From an uncultured Clostridia bacterium (lineage in GTDB: Bacteria; Bacillota; Clostridia; Christensenellales; CAG-314), in NCBI GenBank assembly GCA_944364615.1, contig CALVWF010000006.1, positions 22,969-86,968 of the forward strand: a DNA stretch of 64,000 bases. The letters are read 5' to 3'. A program made the position numbers and the translations under genes. The notes beneath the pieces were generated by a model that saw only the letters and a program-made list of their open reading frames with translations, was not told the origin of the DNA and made no database searches. Shown in pieces: positions 60,342-64,000 of this stretch (its first letter is position 1; each line of letters starts with the position of its first letter).

Positions 60342-60670
60342 TGTAAAAGTCCCGCCTTGCAAAACAATTGTGTAAGACTGCTTTCGATGGTAGCGTAGTC
60401 GTAGGGCTGATGTTTACGCGGAACGACCACGATGTAGCGATGGTCAATGACGGACGGCATCAGTTTAGCCACAACGCTTTTCATCTGACGACGTATTCTG
60501 TTGCGTCTGACGGCATGTCCGTACTTTTTGCTTACGGAAAATCCCGCCTGACTTTGTTTTTGATTACTTTTACAATACAGTACAACAAAATTTCCGTCCG
60601 AAACCGACTTGGACTTTTTGTAGACGATATTGTATTGGTAGTTTTTTTTAAGCCTGTATTTTGCTTGCAA
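60338..60670 (-). CDS. rnpA: Ribonuclease P protein component
   Basis: RLKKN, GFSVSKK, AVRRNRIRR. Confidence 0.95.
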   Translation of the reverse strand: MQAKYRLKKNYQYNIVYKKSKSVSDGNFVVLYCKSNQKQSQAGFSVSKKYGHAVRRNRIRRQMKSVVAKLMPSVIDHRYIVVVPRKHQPYDYATIESSLTQLFCKAGLLQ

Positions 60671-60703
60671 AGTTATTTACCGTAACCGGCAACAGTTGCC
60701 GTA

Positions 60704-60838
60704 TCAGGCAGACAACTTATGACGACCCTTGTTTCTTCTTCTTGCCAAGACTCTTCTTCCGCCCGTTGTCTTCATTCTTGCTCTGAAGCCATGAACCTTG
60801 CTTCTTTGTCTCTTTTTGGGTTGGTAAGTTCTTTTCAC
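60704..60838 (-). CDS. rpmH: 50S ribosomal protein L34 (below the ORF-track cutoff)
   Basis: Manual translation [44 protein letters not shown]; GTG start, AGGAGG RBS. Confidence 0.97.
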   Translation of the reverse strand: MKRTYQPKKRQRSKVHGFRARMKTTGGRRVLARRRNKGRHKLSA

Positions 60839-61070
60839 TTGTCATTCCTCCTTAATATTTGAGCAACGAGCGAAAAACCGTATTTTCCGCAAAATTGCAC
60901 ACTTTTCATTGTAACGCACAACATTGTACCAAACATTGAAGTTTTAGTCAAGTGTTTGAGTGTAACGCATTATACAATAGAGCGTCCGGAACAAAAAACC
61001 ACCATTGACAAAACCGTCGTAAATAGGTTATAATCAGTATGCACAAAAACATAAAAGGAGATAACGATTT

Positions 61071-61775
61071 ATGGCAATACCTACACCGCACATTTCTGCT
61101 AAAAAGGGCGATTTTGCACAGACAGTGCTTATGCCGGGAGATCCTCTCCGCGCTAAATACATTGCCGAAAACTACCTTACCGACGCCGTTCTGGTAAACA
61201 ACGTCAGGGGAGTGCAGGGATACACCGGTTACTACAAAGGCAAGCGTGTTTCCGTAATGGCAAGCGGAATGGGAATTCCCTCCATCGGGATATACTCTTA
61301 CGAACTTTTCAACTTCTACGGCGTGGACAACATCATCCGTATAGGCTCGGCAGGAGCAATCAACGCCGATTTGAAAGTGCGCGACCTTGTATTTGCGCAG
61401 GGCGCATGCACCAACAGCAACTTTATCAATCAATTCGGCATACAGGGAACATTTGCTCCCATTGCCAGTTACTCCCTTTTGGAAAAAGCCGTGGAAACTG
61501 CTAAAAAAACAGGGCTTCGCTACAAGGTAGGCAACGTACTGAGCAGCGACACTTTTTACGACGACACACAACCGGGAACGGTGTGGAGCAAACTGGGCGT
61601 ATTGGCAATAGAAATGGAAGCGGCGGGACTGTACGCGAACGCCGCGCGCGCAGGCAAAAACGCCTTGTGTATCTGTACCATTTCCGACCACCTGCTGACG
61701 GGCGAAGAACTGGATTCCGAACAAAGACAGAACTCCTTCCACCAGATGATGGAACTTGCGCTTACAATCGCGTAA
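61071..61775 (+). CDS. deoD: Purine nucleoside phosphorylase (DeoD type)
   Basis: TPHI, PGDPLRAKYIA, GMGIPS, EMEAAG. Confidence 0.96.
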   Translation: MAIPTPHISAKKGDFAQTVLMPGDPLRAKYIAENYLTDAVLVNNVRGVQGYTGYYKGKRVSVMASGMGIPSIGIYSYELFNFYGVDNIIRIGSAGAINADLKVRDLVFAQGACTNSNFINQFGIQGTFAPIASYSLLEKAVETAKKTGLRYKVGNVLSSDTFYDDTQPGTVWSKLGVLAIEMEAAGLYANAARAGKNALCICTISDHLLTGEELDSEQRQNSFHQMMELALTIA

Positions 61776-62022
61776 AGTATTAACTGAGGGGAACCGATAT
61801 TCAGTCCCATTGGCAAAAGGAAGGGTTTTACCCGATGGGTTTGAGCGTTGCACGTTGAACCAATACCTGCAACTTTTACAGCAAAAAACAATTTAAAAGC
61901 AGCCGTCTGTTTTTGCCGACGGCTGCTTTTTTAAGTTTTTGGTGTGTTTTGTACAGATTAAATTACAAAACGATTTTTATTTGTACCGCAATTGCTCTGT
62001 TGCGGCAACGAAAGAACGGTCT

Positions 62023-63459
62023 TTATTGAAGATTTTCCGTTGCGACGGCAAGACGGCGGAGGGTTTCTTCCTTGCCGAGCAGTGAGGCAATTTCGCTTGC
62101 TCCGCCGGGAGTGGCTTCCAGTCCCGACAATGCGATACGCGCAGGCCACAGCACCTGTCCGTTTTTCCACCCGTTTTCCTGTGCGGTTTCCAGCAAGGCG
62201 TTGTACAGAGTTTCATTGTCCCATTGCTGAACGGCGGCGAACTTTTCCGCAACCTTGGGCAACACCTGCTTTGCAAATTCCGCGTCCGTCTTTTGTTTCT
62301 TGTTGAAGTACAAAGCGTTGTCAAACTTTTCGTACTGATACAAGAACGACAGTTTGGGTACTATTTCTCCGAATGTTTCCACACGGCTCTGTATGAGTTT
62401 AGCCAACTTGTTGTAGTCGAATCTGCCCTTTAAAGGACTGTTGTCCAGCCACGGACGGGCGTATTCCACAAAATCCTGTTCGGGCATTTCCTTTATATAC
62501 AACGAGTTGAGCCATGCCAGTTTGACAGGATCGAATATGGACGGGCTTTTGTTGATGCCTTCGATGGAAAACTTTTCCTTCAGTTCCTCAAAAGACATCT
62601 TTTCGCTGTCGTCCTTGGGCGACCAGCCGAGCAACGCGATGTAGTTTACTATGGCGTCCTTTAAAAATCCCTTTTTGACAAGGTCTTCGTAACTTGCGTC
62701 GCCGTTGCGTTTACTCAGTTTGTGCTGTGCGTCTTTCATTATGGGAGGCATGTGCACGTACATGGGCTTTTCCCAACCGAACGCATCGTACAAAAGGTTG
62801 TACTTTGGCGTGCTGGAAAGATATTCTATGCCGCGCATTACGCAGTTGATTGCCATCAGATGGTCGTCTATAACGTTTGCGAAGTTGTAGGTGGGCATTC
62901 CGTCGGACTTTATCAACACCTGGTCTTCCAGTTCGCTGTTTTCCACAGTTATGTCGCCGTAAACCTCGTCGTGGTAGGTAGTGCTGCCTTCCGTGGGCAT
63001 GTTCTGGCGAATGACGTATTTTTCTCCGGCGTCCAGACGACGCTGAACTTCCTCTTTGGACAAAGACAGACAGTGCTTGTCGTATTTACGGGTACCGTTT
63101 TCGTCCAACAAAGTCTGCAAGCGTTCTTCGGTGCAGAAACAGTAGTAGGCGTGACCGCTTTCCACCAACTGTTTGGCGTATTTAAGGTATTCGTTCTTGC
63201 GTTCGCTCTGAATGTACGGACCGTAATCTCCGCCCACATCCGGACCTTCGTCATACATTATACCCGTTTCGCGCAATGTGCGGTAAATTATATCTACCGC
63301 TCCTTCGACGTATCTTCCCTGATCGGTGTCTTCTATACGTAGTATCAGTTTTCCGCCCATTTTCTTGGCGTACAGGTAGGAATACAACGCCGTGCGCAAT
63401 CCCCCTATATGAAGGTATCCCGTAGGACTGGGGGCAAATCTTGTTCTCAATTCTTTCAT
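62023..63459 (-). CDS. gltX: Glutamate--tRNA ligase
   Basis: RFAPSPTG, HIGG, KLSKR. Confidence 0.96.
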   Translation of the reverse strand: MKELRTRFAPSPTGYLHIGGLRTALYSYLYAKKMGGKLILRIEDTDQGRYVEGAVDIIYRTLRETGIMYDEGPDVGGDYGPYIQSERKNEYLKYAKQLVESGHAYYCFCTEERLQTLLDENGTRKYDKHCLSLSKEEVQRRLDAGEKYVIRQNMPTEGSTTYHDEVYGDITVENSELEDQVLIKSDGMPTYNFANVIDDHLMAINCVMRGIEYLSSTPKYNLLYDAFGWEKPMYVHMPPIMKDAQHKLSKRNGDASYEDLVKKGFLKDAIVNYIALLGWSPKDDSEKMSFEELKEKFSIEGINKSPSIFDPVKLAWLNSLYIKEMPEQDFVEYARPWLDNSPLKGRFDYNKLAKLIQSRVETFGEIVPKLSFLYQYEKFDNALYFNKKQKTDAEFAKQVLPKVAEKFAAVQQWDNETLYNALLETAQENGWKNGQVLWPARIALSGLEATPGGASEIASLLGKEETLRRLAVATENLQ

Positions 63460-63577
63460 ATTAACCTCATTGCGACCGATTTTCCGTCGGTTGTGATTGA
63501 TTTATCTTATAACTGTCTACGATTATATCAGAAAAAGTAAGTATTTTCAACGGTTTTCCGTTTTTATGTATCATTGT

Positions 63578-64000
63578 TCAGCCGGACGTCTCGTTGTACT
63601 TTTTGAGCAGATACTGCAAACGTTTATTTTCAAAGTAACTGTAATAGTCCTCGTCCTCGCCCAATATGATGTGATCTATAAGAGCGACGTTTATTCCCGA
63701 CAACGTGACGAACAGTTTTTCGGTAAAATCATTGTCGTCGTTGCTGGGCTGAGTGGTTCCTTTGACGTGACAGTGAAACAGCATTACTCCCGACGCGTTG
63801 TACTGTACCGCTTCGGTGACTATCTGTTTGGGAGTCACCAGTATGGTGTTTGCGTTGTTGGAACTGTATTCCGTCTTTTTAAGAAAGTTGCTTGCGCTGT
63901 CCACGTAGACAACTATCATTCGTTCGCATGTGCTGTGACGTAACAGTTGTTTTGCGTAAATCATTACGTCGGAAAGGTTGTCAAGCGGTTTGGATTGAAG
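63578..64000 (-). CDS. RadC-like JAB-domain protein, 5' end outside the window
   Basis: HCHVKG..QPSNDD and LIDHII resemble RadC HNHPSG..PS..D / LDH; frame open to the window edge. Confidence 0.75.
   Translation of the reverse strand, partial: LQSKPLDNLSDVMIYAKQLLRHSTCERMIVVYVDSASNFLKKTEYSSNNANTILVTPKQIVTEAVQYNASGVMLFHCHVKGTTQPSNDDNDFTEKLFVTLSGINVALIDHIILGEDEDYYSYFENKRLQYLLKKYNETSG

Overview
Chromosomal region of a low-GC Gram-positive (Clostridia-like, probably spore-forming) bacterium. It contains the usual origin-flanking gene block (rpmH-rnpA-yidD-yidC-jag-mnmE-mnmG-rsmG-parA-parB, yyaC, four parS sites), but dnaA is not next to rpmH. The left end is an accessory/defence-like region: a truncated exonuclease-RecQ gene, HTH/small genes, and a cas-less type II-like CRISPR array (36-bp repeats, 30-bp spacers). 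One spacer of that array is 871 bp long and carries a complete expression cassette (extended -10, RBS, 122-aa membrane protein, terminator) plus a cut-off phage-like gene. Next to the array is a TIR / degenerate-FtsK / FtsK-gamma fusion gene. The middle holds housekeeping genes (trxB, nrdD/nrdG, psuG, pyk, GH36, guaA, glnA, ftsH), an intergenic DnaA-box cluster, a membrane-anchored McrB-like GTPase with a DUF2357/McrC-like partner, and a type IV pilus locus in which two large tandem pilins share about 1 kb of near-identical 5' sequence but have divergent C-termini. A 4.4-kb AT-rich non-coding stretch holds the parS sites and clustered Spo0A-box-like motifs. All family assignments come from motif recognition by eye; no database search was run.
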